Assembly: GCA_030599585.1 (NCBI GenBank)
Contig: JAUVNS010000023.1
Location: 1-53,560, forward strand
Direction of reading: 5' to 3'
DNA: 53,560 nucleotides
Source: Promethearchaeota archaeon
GTDB lineage: Archaea > Asgardarchaeota > Lokiarchaeia > Sigyniarchaeales > SOKP01
Positions within the stretch are counted from its first letter, which is position 1. The number at the start of each line of letters is the position of its first letter. This document shows positions 9,557-19,186 of the stretch, in pieces. The notes beneath the pieces are model-generated. The model did no database searches, was not told the origin of the DNA, and was given only the letters and a program-made list of their open reading frames with translations. A program made the position numbers and the translations under genes.

Positions 9557-10426
9557 ATGTTTACTAATCAAAAATTAGAATCGTGGTCAGAACCCTATTG
9601 GGAACACGTTATAAGAAACATAGGACCTATAACCTTCGACGAGCAAGAAACGATAAGAACTTCGCGAGTTGCAGTGCTCGGAGTAGGCGGGTTAGGCGGT
9701 CCGCTCGCAGAAAATTTGGTAAGAGCAGGCTGTCAAAACTTAGTAATATGTGACTTTGATGTTTTCGACGAGTCCAACCTAAACCGGCAGATTTGCACAA
9801 TCGAGGACATCGGTAAGAGAAAAATAGATGTGGTAGCGGAGTTTTTACAAAAAATCGATCCTGAAGTAAGCGTGAGAAAATTTTTTAAGATTTCTCAACG
9901 AAACATTGATGCGGTCCTTGAGGGCGTGAAAGTAATTGCGCTAACCTTAGACGATCCTGCTACTTCCATCTTTATTGCTAGAGAGGCTCGGAAGCGTGGA
10001 ATTCCTATGATAGAGTCTTGGGGCGTGCCGTTCTTGTTTACGTGGTGGTTTGCTCCCGAGAGCGTAGATTACGAAGAATGTTACGGGTTAGAAACCAAAA
10101 AGTTCGACTATTTCGAGCTTTCCAACCTAAAAAAAGAGATCAACCTCGCAACTTACCAAGCTTTATTGCCAAAAGTATTTTCGATGCCAGGAGTCAGGGA
10201 AAAATACGACCGAGAACCTGGAGCGTTCGAAGAAATGATGGCGGGCAACATCGGAGCTCGCTCGTTTGCGCCTTTTGTCCGAATAACTGCAGATTTTCTT
10301 TCGGTAGACGTAATTTTCTCGGGAATTCTAAGCGTAAAACCGAAGAACTTAGCTCCAAACTTGAAAGGGTTCGATTACATCAACATGGAAGTCCTAGAAA
10401 CTAAACTAATACCTAATATTCTTTAA
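9557..10426 (+). CDS. ThiF/E1-like adenylyltransferase
   Basis: RNIG...EQETIRTSRVAVLGVGGLGG...DFDVFDESNLNRQ...GKRK. Lacks the C-terminal CxxC zinc pairs of MoeB. Confidence 0.85.
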   Translation: MFTNQKLESWSEPYWEHVIRNIGPITFDEQETIRTSRVAVLGVGGLGGPLAENLVRAGCQNLVICDFDVFDESNLNRQICTIEDIGKRKIDVVAEFLQKIDPEVSVRKFFKISQRNIDAVLEGVKVIALTLDDPATSIFIAREARKRGIPMIESWGVPFLFTWWFAPESVDYEECYGLETKKFDYFELSNLKKEINLATYQALLPKVFSMPGVREKYDREPGAFEEMMAGNIGARSFAPFVRITADFLSVDVIFSGILSVKPKNLAPNLKGFDYINMEVLETKLIPNIL

Positions 10427-10453
10427 CTATACCTAAATTTTTTTCTTTTTATT

Positions 10454-10506
10454 ATTCTTTAGATAACTCATTTTTAAGATTTTTGAGACATATTGAAAAA
10501 TAAAAG
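10454..10506 (+). repeat. Intergenic direct repeat, copy 1 (about 53 bp)
   Basis: ATTCTTTAGATAACTCATTTTTAA (24 bp) is identical to 12835-12858, and similarity continues through TTTGAGAC..ATTG....AAAAG. Confidence 0.8.
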
Positions 10507-10545
10507 ATTATTTAAATTTTTTTTAAAAAACGATTTTTTAAGTTT

Positions 10546-12687
10546 TTAAATGATTTCCTTAAGATAAGCGATGAAATCGATCAAAACTTTATAATCCGAA
10601 CCTATACTATCAACTGTTGATTTCGGATAATGTATTGATAGATACACGTTTTTGTTTCTTACTCGTTTTCCGTCCACAAGTCGTCTTACTAAAAATTGGT
10701 AAACTATATTAGTTCTATCACGTGTTAAATGAACTTCATAATTATAATCCCTAATAGTATCATCATTATGGAGATAAGCAAAACCATATTGTTTGAATAC
10801 TTCTTTTCCTTCAATAAAAAATAAACCCAAATTTTTAACTAGATCTTTCTCTATATCATCATTTCCTCTAAATTCGTGATAATTTTCGAAAATATCAATA
10901 ATCAGTTTGAAGATATATTTTATTTTATATTTGAACTTTCTAACTACTATTGTCTCACCAAAGTTATCACGATTATTATTCCTTAATCTTTTCTCAATTT
11001 GAATATTGTCCTCTAGCGAAAAGCTTTCCGACCCTCCATATTCCCCAATGTTTGTAAAAAATAGAATTAAATCCTTATAATCTTTGTAATCATGAAGGAA
11101 TAAATTTGAATGAAAAGGATAAACCTTTCCTGTTAAGGATGGGATTACTACATAATCTACATTATTTTTCCATACCCAATCAGATAAGATTTTATTAAAT
11201 CGTAAAAAATCTTTACATATTAATATAGCAATTCTACCGATACTTGTCATAAATATATTAATTTTCGCTAGTTTTTGACAAATTATATTCTCTTTTTCAT
11301 ATTTATTCTTAATACTATCAAAGATCCAAACTGGTGTTTGTTTTAATTGAAAATCTATGTTTCCATTATCAATTACAAAAGCACAATTTTGAAATAAACC
11401 ATTTTCTTTATTTCTAGTGTGCTCTAACCCCCCTACAATTACTAAATTTTCTTTCTCTGTTATCTTCTTTAATGAAGGAATTATACTATGTGGGATTGAA
11501 TTCTCCGGAAAAATAATTAAACTAGGTTTGAGAGGATTGAATTTTATAGAGAGGTCTATCAATTCTTCAATCTTTCTAGTAACTCGATGTTTTAATTTAT
11601 TATCATATGCTAAGATTCTATTTCTCTTTCTTTGTTTAATTGACCAAAAATGATCAAGAAAAAAATGAAAATGTCCTAGTTTTTCCTCTTTTAATGGTAA
11701 TTCAGGAGGATTTATTCCCTTTAATGAATGTAACTGTATTAAGTGGACAATTCCCACTTTATCTGTAGGAAAATGCGGATAAGAGAAAGGGGGATACCTT
11801 TTTAAGAGACTTTTACTAACTGGGGTTGTCTCTAAAAATACTCTATTCTGTTTCCATCGGTATTCTTGATTTTCTCGATGTGTCCCGATATTAACAAAAT
11901 CAATATCTTCTAATTTTAATAATGATTTTTCAAAGTTCTTTATATTCTCCTCTGGAGTTATAGTTGTATCATATAATTCTAAATTTTCAGGTTCACCTCT
12001 TTTTTTTCTTCTACAATATTCTACGATTTGCTGAGGATGTGAATAAAAACGACCCCAATATCTATCTGCAGCTTTAAAATAAGGAGAATCTATTCTAAGT
12101 GTCACTAACTTAGTTAGTTTTTCTAATCCACTAATATCTCTTAAGGGATTTCCGCTTAAGTTTAAATATTCTAAGTTAGTAAGGGTCTCAAGTCCATTAA
12201 TATGTTTAATTTGATTATGGTTTAAGTCCAAAAACTTCAAGTTATTCAATTGATTTATATTTTCAATTGAATTCAGATGGTTTCTAGAAAGGTCTAACCA
12301 TTCAAGGTGGTCTAAATGATTTAAATTCTCAATTTTTGTAATCCCATTAACAGCTAAGTATAAATATCTTAAATTTATTTGCGCGTCTAGCCCAGAAATT
12401 TTAGTAATTTCGTTACCTCCTAAATTAATTGCTTGTAACCTATTTAGATTTTCTATATTACTAATTTCGGAAATCTCATTCTCTGAGAGATATAACTCTT
12501 TTAAATTCGTGAGTTTCTCAATATTTCCGATTTCTTTAATATTGTTATTACTCAAAATTAAGGCTACAAGATTAGATAAATTTTCAAGACCAGAAACAGC
12601 TGAAAGATCTGAGATATTTCTGTCTGACAGATTCAAGATTTCATAAGTGATCTTTATCTCTTCACCATTAAAATTAAAAACGCTCAT
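10546..12687 (-). CDS. Leucine-rich-repeat protein fused to a carbon-nitrogen hydrolase (nitrilase) domain
   Basis: About 8 LxxLxLxxNxI repeats, then IIFPENS...QLKQTP...ILICKDF (Glu-Lys-Cys triad pattern). Confidence 0.8.
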   Translation of the reverse strand: MSVFNFNGEEIKITYEILNLSDRNISDLSAVSGLENLSNLVALILSNNNIKEIGNIEKLTNLKELYLSENEISEISNIENLNRLQAINLGGNEITKISGLDAQINLRYLYLAVNGITKIENLNHLDHLEWLDLSRNHLNSIENINQLNNLKFLDLNHNQIKHINGLETLTNLEYLNLSGNPLRDISGLEKLTKLVTLRIDSPYFKAADRYWGRFYSHPQQIVEYCRRKKRGEPENLELYDTTITPEENIKNFEKSLLKLEDIDFVNIGTHRENQEYRWKQNRVFLETTPVSKSLLKRYPPFSYPHFPTDKVGIVHLIQLHSLKGINPPELPLKEEKLGHFHFFLDHFWSIKQRKRNRILAYDNKLKHRVTRKIEELIDLSIKFNPLKPSLIIFPENSIPHSIIPSLKKITEKENLVIVGGLEHTRNKENGLFQNCAFVIDNGNIDFQLKQTPVWIFDSIKNKYEKENIICQKLAKINIFMTSIGRIAILICKDFLRFNKILSDWVWKNNVDYVVIPSLTGKVYPFHSNLFLHDYKDYKDLILFFTNIGEYGGSESFSLEDNIQIEKRLRNNNRDNFGETIVVRKFKYKIKYIFKLIIDIFENYHEFRGNDDIEKDLVKNLGLFFIEGKEVFKQYGFAYLHNDDTIRDYNYEVHLTRDRTNIVYQFLVRRLVDGKRVRNKNVYLSIHYPKSTVDSIGSDYKVLIDFIAYLKEII

Positions 12688-12834
12688 AATTTACTTTCAA
12701 TCCAAAATTAATTCAATTGGTTCTAATAATTGAATAATAAAAGATTCAATTTTTACCTTTTTACATAAATTAATACCTAATCATATTTTAAGATTGTAAA
12801 AAAATATTTTTTAACTTAACTAATTTTTTTTTTC

Positions 12835-12886
12835 ATTCTTTAGATAACTCATTTTTAACATTTGAGACTAATTGGAGAGCAAAAAG
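12835..12886 (+). repeat. Intergenic direct repeat, copy 2
   Basis: Matches 10454-10506. Confidence 0.8.
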
Positions 12887-12891
12887 CTTAC

Positions 12892-13554
12892 TTAGTTTTT
12901 CAACTCATTTAATTTTTTAAGCTTTCTTTTAAAATAATTTTCTAAATCCCTAATTAATTCCATTTTTCTCTCTTGAGGATTTAACAAAGGTTCTGCAACA
13001 TCCTCAATTGATTTTTCACCTTCTAGAACGCGTAATAATCTTTCTTTTTCTTCACTATAGGTAAATAGGGCTCTATCTATCTCGCGCAAAGTAAATTCTT
13101 CCTTACATTTTTTAAATATTTTAATTATCTCTCCTCTATATTCATTATACCTTGTTGTTGTTATCCCCATTAAACCTTTGTCTCTTAACGTTCCTACAGT
13201 TCTTACGTCTACAATTGGAAATTTATCGGGAAACTTGAAATGTAGAATTGTTGAGGCAATGGGTTCTCGAATACCAGGCAGCTTTTTTCTTTGCGTAGTT
13301 TTTTTAAAAAAATTAATTTTTTCCTCGTCGGGCAAATCAGATATCTCCTTGAAGACAGATAGATATAGCTCCTTGTTATCCTTATCTAAGTAATTTTTAC
13401 TTCTACTTGCTTTCCAATTGTAAATTCTCTCAAAAATCTTCCAATCGATATGTAAATCTTGTTCTTGAATTATTCTACGAATGTTTTCATACTCATCTTC
13501 CAATTTATTTTTTTTATTAGGTATCCAATTTTTTATGAAATTCCTATCAATCAT
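12892..13554 (-). CDS. HhH-GPD/OGG-like DNA glycosylase-fold protein
   Basis: IYNWK...LPGIREPIASTILHF..PDKFPIVDVR...LREIDRALF. Confidence 0.55.
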   Translation of the reverse strand: MIDRNFIKNWIPNKKNKLEDEYENIRRIIQEQDLHIDWKIFERIYNWKASRSKNYLDKDNKELYLSVFKEISDLPDEEKINFFKKTTQRKKLPGIREPIASTILHFKFPDKFPIVDVRTVGTLRDKGLMGITTTRYNEYRGEIIKIFKKCKEEFTLREIDRALFTYSEEKERLLRVLEGEKSIEDVAEPLLNPQERKMELIRDLENYFKRKLKKLNELKN

Positions 13555-13620
13555 AATATATTATAATGTCAGAAATTCATTAATAAAAAATTAATTAAAA
13601 GCAAAAATGAAGGCCTAATC

Positions 13621-14505
13621 CTATAAAACCATTTTAAGTTGCCTAGCTATTTCCTTGCGAAATATGGGATTACCGGTGAGCCGTTTAGAGAAAAAATTTG
13701 CTAACTCTTCGTATAAACTTTCCCTATCGCGTGAGAGAAATTCGATTTTTAGGTTGCTAACGATTAAATAAAGAAAAACATTTACGAACACTTCCCGCGC
13801 TAATTCCAAGTGAGATGGCAATATGTCGTCCATACTATGGTGGAATTTGTTGCGAATAGCGATGTATTTAATTACTAACGTCTCGATTTCTTCCGGAAAA
13901 CCGAGCTTTACTATCTTATTTGCCATAATTTCTTTTCCTTCGCTACTATTTTTTTCGCTTTCGCCAAACCGTTCCTTGTAAAGCGCTTCTAGTTTAGGGT
14001 ATAACTTCACGAAAAACTTATAATCGTCGTAATAGCTCATTTTAATCCACTGTTCTGCGCCAATCTGGGTTAAGCACCGATCAATTTCTTCTTTAACTCC
14101 CTCAATTGTGTTTGGCTTTTTTTCTTCCTCCGAATTATCGTTGCTAAGTTTGGATACCAGATTGTTTACTCGTATCGCAACCGTCTCCAAAAGATCGTTT
14201 TTTTCTTTTATTTCATTTCTTAGTTGCAATTCTACTTCAGTAGGCGAGGGAAGGTTTTCTTTACTTAATTGACTTTGCCCCGAGGTCTGAGTCTTCTTTT
14301 TTACGAAGAGAGAGATAAAAAACGCTACTTCTTCGGTCATACGACTTCGGCATTGAAGGAGCAATTGTTTTAACTCTTTTGCGCTGGTTTTCCTTTCGGT
14401 AAAGTTTTTTATTGCGATTTTAAGCTCTTCTAACTCCTCGTCCTTGAAAATAATTTTTTCTAACATTTGTTCGAAATTCGCTAATTCTTGACTCTTTGCC
14501 ATCAT
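13621..14505 (-). CDS. Coiled-coil protein with C-terminal HEPN-like motif
   Basis: IRNKFHH (RxxxxH) in a helical domain. Start overlaps the upstream stop by 4 nt (ATGA). Confidence 0.5.
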   Translation of the reverse strand: MMAKSQELANFEQMLEKIIFKDEELEELKIAIKNFTERKTSAKELKQLLLQCRSRMTEEVAFFISLFVKKKTQTSGQSQLSKENLPSPTEVELQLRNEIKEKNDLLETVAIRVNNLVSKLSNDNSEEEKKPNTIEGVKEEIDRCLTQIGAEQWIKMSYYDDYKFFVKLYPKLEALYKERFGESEKNSSEGKEIMANKIVKLGFPEEIETLVIKYIAIRNKFHHSMDDILPSHLELAREVFVNVFLYLIVSNLKIEFLSRDRESLYEELANFFSKRLTGNPIFRKEIARQLKMVL

Positions 14506-17500
14506 ACTGCCCCCATATCGCCCTCAACGTATTGTCTGAAACCGTCAAAAATCGTAGAATACGTTTCAAATATATTTTTACAGGTTTCTGCTACCTTTAC
14601 CTGATCGGTTACCTCGACGCTATTAATTAACGACAAATATTTCCTCAAGTCTTCTCCTGTAAACGGAAACCCTTGAATATTTCCGAATTTACCTAAGAAC
14701 TCGTTGATATCTTCGGAAGTTACTGCGTAATTTACGCTGTAATATTCTTTGTAAACGCTATGTAAAAACTTAGGAAGTAGTCCCTTAGCAGTTTTTAACA
14801 CGTTCTCGTATTTTTTGTAGCTCATGTTTTTGTGCATGGTAAAAAATTCGTAATACAAGATATGTACAAAATGCTTGGCTAAAGCACTTTTTATCTTAAT
14901 CGGGTTTAATTGATCTGGAGCGGGAGCTTCTTCTAGTATAAGCGCAGCTTCAGATTCTAATTCCACCGGTTCATAGGTGATGATCGAGCTATCTCGCGAA
15001 TCGTAGTAATCTTTTAACACCCTCTGGTAATGGGGTCCGACCGCAAAAGAAGTTTGCATGGATTCCGAACCGCTCGCTCTTTTTGGGTGGCTTTCTATTA
15101 AATATTGTTTACTTACCATAATCTCAAACACGTTATTTACGATTTCTCTTTCCCGTTTTTTGTCATTCGTAATTTTTGCGATGTAGGGCTTCAACACTTC
15201 CCGGAGTTCTTCTTTTACTTTTTTTTTGTAAAGATTCCCCACGGTATCGACCGCCTGGATGTTGTTTAAAAATTTCACAATTCCTTCAATTAAATCGCTA
15301 TAGCCTGCAAAATCGCTTTCGAAAAGAGTTGTCTGAGCCCTTTTCATGATTCTTACTTTAGTTTTTTCTAAGTCGTAGCCTTGCGAGCCCATATATTTCA
15401 CGAGTTCTTCCCACGAAAGAGGTTTGGTTTCTTCCAATTCTTCGAAGTCTAACTCAACGGGGAACGATTGGTAAATGTCCTCTCGTTTCACCACCGCCTC
15501 GTTTTGTTTCATAGCTGCGATATACCTCGTTTGGTAGCCTTCGTTCCTCCGATTGCTGTAGTAGCCGACTCCGTGTAAGTTCTCTAAATTCATCTGACCG
15601 TTGAGCACCGCCACGTCTCTTTTATCCGAAGCCCGAAAGGTTACGATGTTGTCGAAGTAATTAAATACATTCGGGTGTAAATATCTTATCTGAGAGGCAG
15701 AACAGATGGTTCCAAACCCTTTTTCTACGAAAGGCGAGAGGAATTTGTCTATTTTTCCGTATTGTATTTTTTTATCCAAGAAAAATCCATCAAAGACCAC
15801 GTCTATATGTGGCAGCACGATAAATTTAGGCACGAAGAATTCTCCAGTTTTTAGATAGTGAATAAACTTCGAAAGGACCACGAACGCAAAGTAACATTGT
15901 TTGTCGTAATCTCTTAGCTCGGAAAAATCTATTATTACGGTTTTATCGTTGGCGATAAATTCGTGCGCTTGGGCGGCGTCTTGAGACTCGGGTTGCTGAT
16001 TCTGGATAAACGAGGATTCTTGGGGAGTAAATTCTTTAAAGAAAGAAAGCAAAGTTTCGGTAACCGAAGATTTCTCCCAGTCGCGTTGCGTGGTTAAGTC
16101 TAACACTAAGGTAGATACGTCGATGTCTGGGTTCCGGAGTATAGTGTTTTTAAAAGTCTCGATAGTCCGCTCGTCTTTTTTAAAGCACATCATGTAAGCG
16201 TCAAACATGTAGTCCAAATATCCAGGGTTGTGTTTATCGAAAGGTATTCCCGAACGGAGCGGGTTGATCGTTATTGTTTTTCCTAATTTGTGGTAAATAA
16301 ATTGATTCTCGTAGATGGTGCCTTGGAACATTCCAATAATCTTAGACCAATTACCCGTAAAATCGAACACTACGGATGAATGGCCTACCTTTACCAATTC
16401 TACTACGATCTTTTGGGCTAGAAGTTCTCGGCTAGAGTTCTCACCGTTAGTTAAAAATAAATTACGCGCTTGCTCGATCAAAAAGCCTGCTGGCACTTCT
16501 CTTTCTAAATATTCCGTGTTAATGGTGGAGCCAACAACAATATCGTTTTTAAGTTGTAAAGGCGTGTTGAATTCGGCGGCTAACCTGGTTTCAACTCCTT
16601 TTTTAAACTGGTTGGCGATCATGGTAAGAAAATTTAAGGTTTTCCCTTGATACAACAAATAGTTGAGGTGCGAGCCATTTCTTCTGAAGAACCTATTCTT
16701 AAGCACTTCGAGCTCAAAACACGATTCTAACAAGTTGCCTCTTAATTGTTTTAATTTAAAGTTCATAAAATTATTCCCGTAAGCCGCTTTTAACACGCCC
16801 ATTTGCTCTATTAACGTTCTTTCGATCTTATCTATAGTTTCGTAATCGAGAGACGGCGAGTTAGAAACCACCGAGGTAGAATAGGTAGTAATAACGCTCC
16901 ACATCCCCGCTCGGTCTCTCAACCAAGCGTCTCGCCCTTCTGGGTTGTTGCGGAAAGCCATGAGTAGAATTTTTTCTCGTTCGTTTAGGTAATCAAACCC
17001 CTCTTCGTCAAATTTCTTGAAGTTTAACGGTTTTAACTGAAACGAGACGGTAAAAGGCGTTCCTTCTTTGTTTAACGATTCGTAAAACTTAGCGGGATTG
17101 CAATACGGTGGTGGGTTGCAAAAATATACGTTTGCCATTTTAATTCCGCCGGTAGTTTTTCCTTTTACTTGGTAAAAAATGGTCTCAGGAGTTTTTCTCG
17201 ATTTAAAGAATTCAATTTCGGCAAACGGATCGAGGAGTCCAATATCTTTAGATTTAAACAAGGACCCCTTCATTACTTGAAAAAACAATTCTTGCCACCA
17301 AAAAAGTAAAATCGTAACGATTATGCCAAGGCTTATTAAAAAGCGATATCCTATAGGTAAGGCAAAAAACAATAAAGACACATCTAACGCTATCGTTATG
17401 CCAATCACATACGCCACCTTCAAGATCGAAGCGGTAAGTTTGGATTTTGTAGTTTTACACGTAATTTTTTTAGGATTGGACTCTAGTGGAACGTCTCGCT

Positions 17501-18335
17501 TCAATACGGTGCTCCTAAACGAGTCAATTAACGCTTGTTCGGTTAAAAGCGATATTTTAAAATGGTGAAAATTGGACGAAATCCCCGTTTTTAAAGCCGC
17601 TACGCTTTTCCGGAGCTGTCCTACCATCTCAGTCACCTTAGATTTCTTGATTTTCCCGGTCATTTTGTAATAAGTAGAAAACAAAATAACCGTCTCGAAG
17701 GTTGTATTTTTGTCGTTTCCTTTACTATCGATTATCTGAAGCGGTTTGTGAATAATCTGGAAGGTATAAGGGGTTCGATTGTTGTACATTCCTTTGATAA
17801 AAGTATGTAAAGACGGGTTCACGTTTTCAGCCATGACTTCGACTTTTAAAGTGCTCACGCCAGTGGTAACCAAATCAACGCGATTTGTATAATACAACAC
17901 GGACTTATAATACTCGGGCTTATCGTAATCTTTCTTGTCGTATTCAGTCTGCCAAAAAATCAAGTTTTGAAAAGGGTTAAACGCTCCAAGCTCTAACAGG
18001 TGGTGTAAACCAAAGAAGCTTTTTCTAAAGACCAACACGAAACTTATCCCGACTATAACGGTTGCGCCAATTGAGAGCACAAAATCCATCGTGGTTAAAA
18101 CTAACGAAGCAAAAAAAAGAAATTCGATTATTACTAACGAGATCGCTTTTTTGAGCGTGTCGGTTTTATCTATATCTTTATAAGAAGGAAAAGCGTTCCA
18201 GACGCTATAGTAAGGGTCCTCGTCGCCTTCTCTGTTGTCACCTTTACTGTTTTCGCTATTTTCTTTTCCTTTTCTATTCCAATTATTAGCTTCGTCAAAA
18301 AATTCTCCATACGATTTTACCATTTTTTTTTTCAC
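14502..18335 (-). CDS. Large membrane-anchored VirB4/HerA-like P-loop protein with degenerate Walker motifs
   Basis: Two transmembrane pairs, then RNLFLTNGENSSRE (Walker A position), VVFDFTGNW, FIVLPHID (Walker B position) and KGFGTICSASQ...NIVTFR, in the HerA/FtsK motif order. Confidence 0.65.
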   Translation of the reverse strand: MKKKMVKSYGEFFDEANNWNRKGKENSENSKGDNREGDEDPYYSVWNAFPSYKDIDKTDTLKKAISLVIIEFLFFASLVLTTMDFVLSIGATVIVGISFVLVFRKSFFGLHHLLELGAFNPFQNLIFWQTEYDKKDYDKPEYYKSVLYYTNRVDLVTTGVSTLKVEVMAENVNPSLHTFIKGMYNNRTPYTFQIIHKPLQIIDSKGNDKNTTFETVILFSTYYKMTGKIKKSKVTEMVGQLRKSVAALKTGISSNFHHFKISLLTEQALIDSFRSTVLKRDVPLESNPKKITCKTTKSKLTASILKVAYVIGITIALDVSLLFFALPIGYRFLISLGIIVTILLFWWQELFFQVMKGSLFKSKDIGLLDPFAEIEFFKSRKTPETIFYQVKGKTTGGIKMANVYFCNPPPYCNPAKFYESLNKEGTPFTVSFQLKPLNFKKFDEEGFDYLNEREKILLMAFRNNPEGRDAWLRDRAGMWSVITTYSTSVVSNSPSLDYETIDKIERTLIEQMGVLKAAYGNNFMNFKLKQLRGNLLESCFELEVLKNRFFRRNGSHLNYLLYQGKTLNFLTMIANQFKKGVETRLAAEFNTPLQLKNDIVVGSTINTEYLEREVPAGFLIEQARNLFLTNGENSSRELLAQKIVVELVKVGHSSVVFDFTGNWSKIIGMFQGTIYENQFIYHKLGKTITINPLRSGIPFDKHNPGYLDYMFDAYMMCFKKDERTIETFKNTILRNPDIDVSTLVLDLTTQRDWEKSSVTETLLSFFKEFTPQESSFIQNQQPESQDAAQAHEFIANDKTVIIDFSELRDYDKQCYFAFVVLSKFIHYLKTGEFFVPKFIVLPHIDVVFDGFFLDKKIQYGKIDKFLSPFVEKGFGTICSASQIRYLHPNVFNYFDNIVTFRASDKRDVAVLNGQMNLENLHGVGYYSNRRNEGYQTRYIAAMKQNEAVVKREDIYQSFPVELDFEELEETKPLSWEELVKYMGSQGYDLEKTKVRIMKRAQTTLFESDFAGYSDLIEGIVKFLNNIQAVDTVGNLYKKKVKEELREVLKPYIAKITNDKKREREIVNNVFEIMVSKQYLIESHPKRASGSESMQTSFAVGPHYQRVLKDYYDSRDSSIITYEPVELESEAALILEEAPAPDQLNPIKIKSALAKHFVHILYYEFFTMHKNMSYKKYENVLKTAKGLLPKFLHSVYKEYYSVNYAVTSEDINEFLGKFGNIQGFPFTGEDLRKYLSLINSVEVTDQVKVAETCKNIFETYSTIFDGFRQYVEGDMGAV

Positions 18336-19186
18336 CTTTTTCCATAATATAATTTGTTAATAAATACAAAAATTACCATAACTCCTACGCAAATAAGAGT
18401 CGAATTACTTACTGTCGTTGATAACACACCGTACATGAACGATTCCACCAAAAGAATCGCTCCTAACATGCCAAATAAAATAATTAAGCCGAAAATTGCG
18501 AGCTGTCCCGCGTTTTCTTTTGAAGTTCGATACGAAATGTTGTCTTTTAGCGATCCTGAAACTGTAATTCTTCCCCTCGACTTCTGCTCTAGCTTTTTTT
18601 TGATTGTTTTCAGGTGTAAAATCTTTTCAAACGCGTTTTTATCGAATTGATTTTCGAGTTGTATCTGGAGGGCTTTCTCCTCGTATTTAAACCGTTGCAT
18701 TAATATCGGGCTAAACATATTGTCGCCTTTTCTCTTTCTATAGCGCCCACCCGAAAGAAAAGAAAACATAGATATGTTCCGGTTTGAATTAAAAGCGTCT
18801 GCGTTTATCTTCTCGTGTAAATTAGGAATTTCTAATTTCCGGAGCTCGTAATACGTCTCAATTACGGTTTTTACTTGTCCGAGGTTAATATTTCCTTTCC
18901 GTTTTAAAAATAAAAGTTCTATCTGAGAAAGTTTTTCTATCCATTCGAGCTTGAACACGATTATATCGAAGTTAAGCGCAAATATGTTGTTTACAAGTTT
19001 CATGTATTCAAAAATATTCTCCCCCGCTTCTTTATTTCTCGACCGTAACCCTAACTTGATTCCGATCTCGTCCACAGCGTTGCTTACGAACACGAAACTA
19101 ACTACTGCCAGCTTTTTGTAATTACCCGAATCCTTGCATAGTTGGATCAGCCGTCTTAACTTTAAATCTAACACTTGTTCGCTCAT
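18332..19186 (-). CDS. Membrane protein (helical N-domain + 2 C-terminal TM helices)
   Basis: C-terminal hydrophobic segments. 4-nt overlaps with both neighbours. Confidence 0.7.
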   Translation of the reverse strand: MSEQVLDLKLRRLIQLCKDSGNYKKLAVVSFVFVSNAVDEIGIKLGLRSRNKEAGENIFEYMKLVNNIFALNFDIIVFKLEWIEKLSQIELLFLKRKGNINLGQVKTVIETYYELRKLEIPNLHEKINADAFNSNRNISMFSFLSGGRYRKRKGDNMFSPILMQRFKYEEKALQIQLENQFDKNAFEKILHLKTIKKKLEQKSRGRITVSGSLKDNISYRTSKENAGQLAIFGLIILFGMLGAILLVESFMYGVLSTTVSNSTLICVGVMVIFVFINKLYYGKR

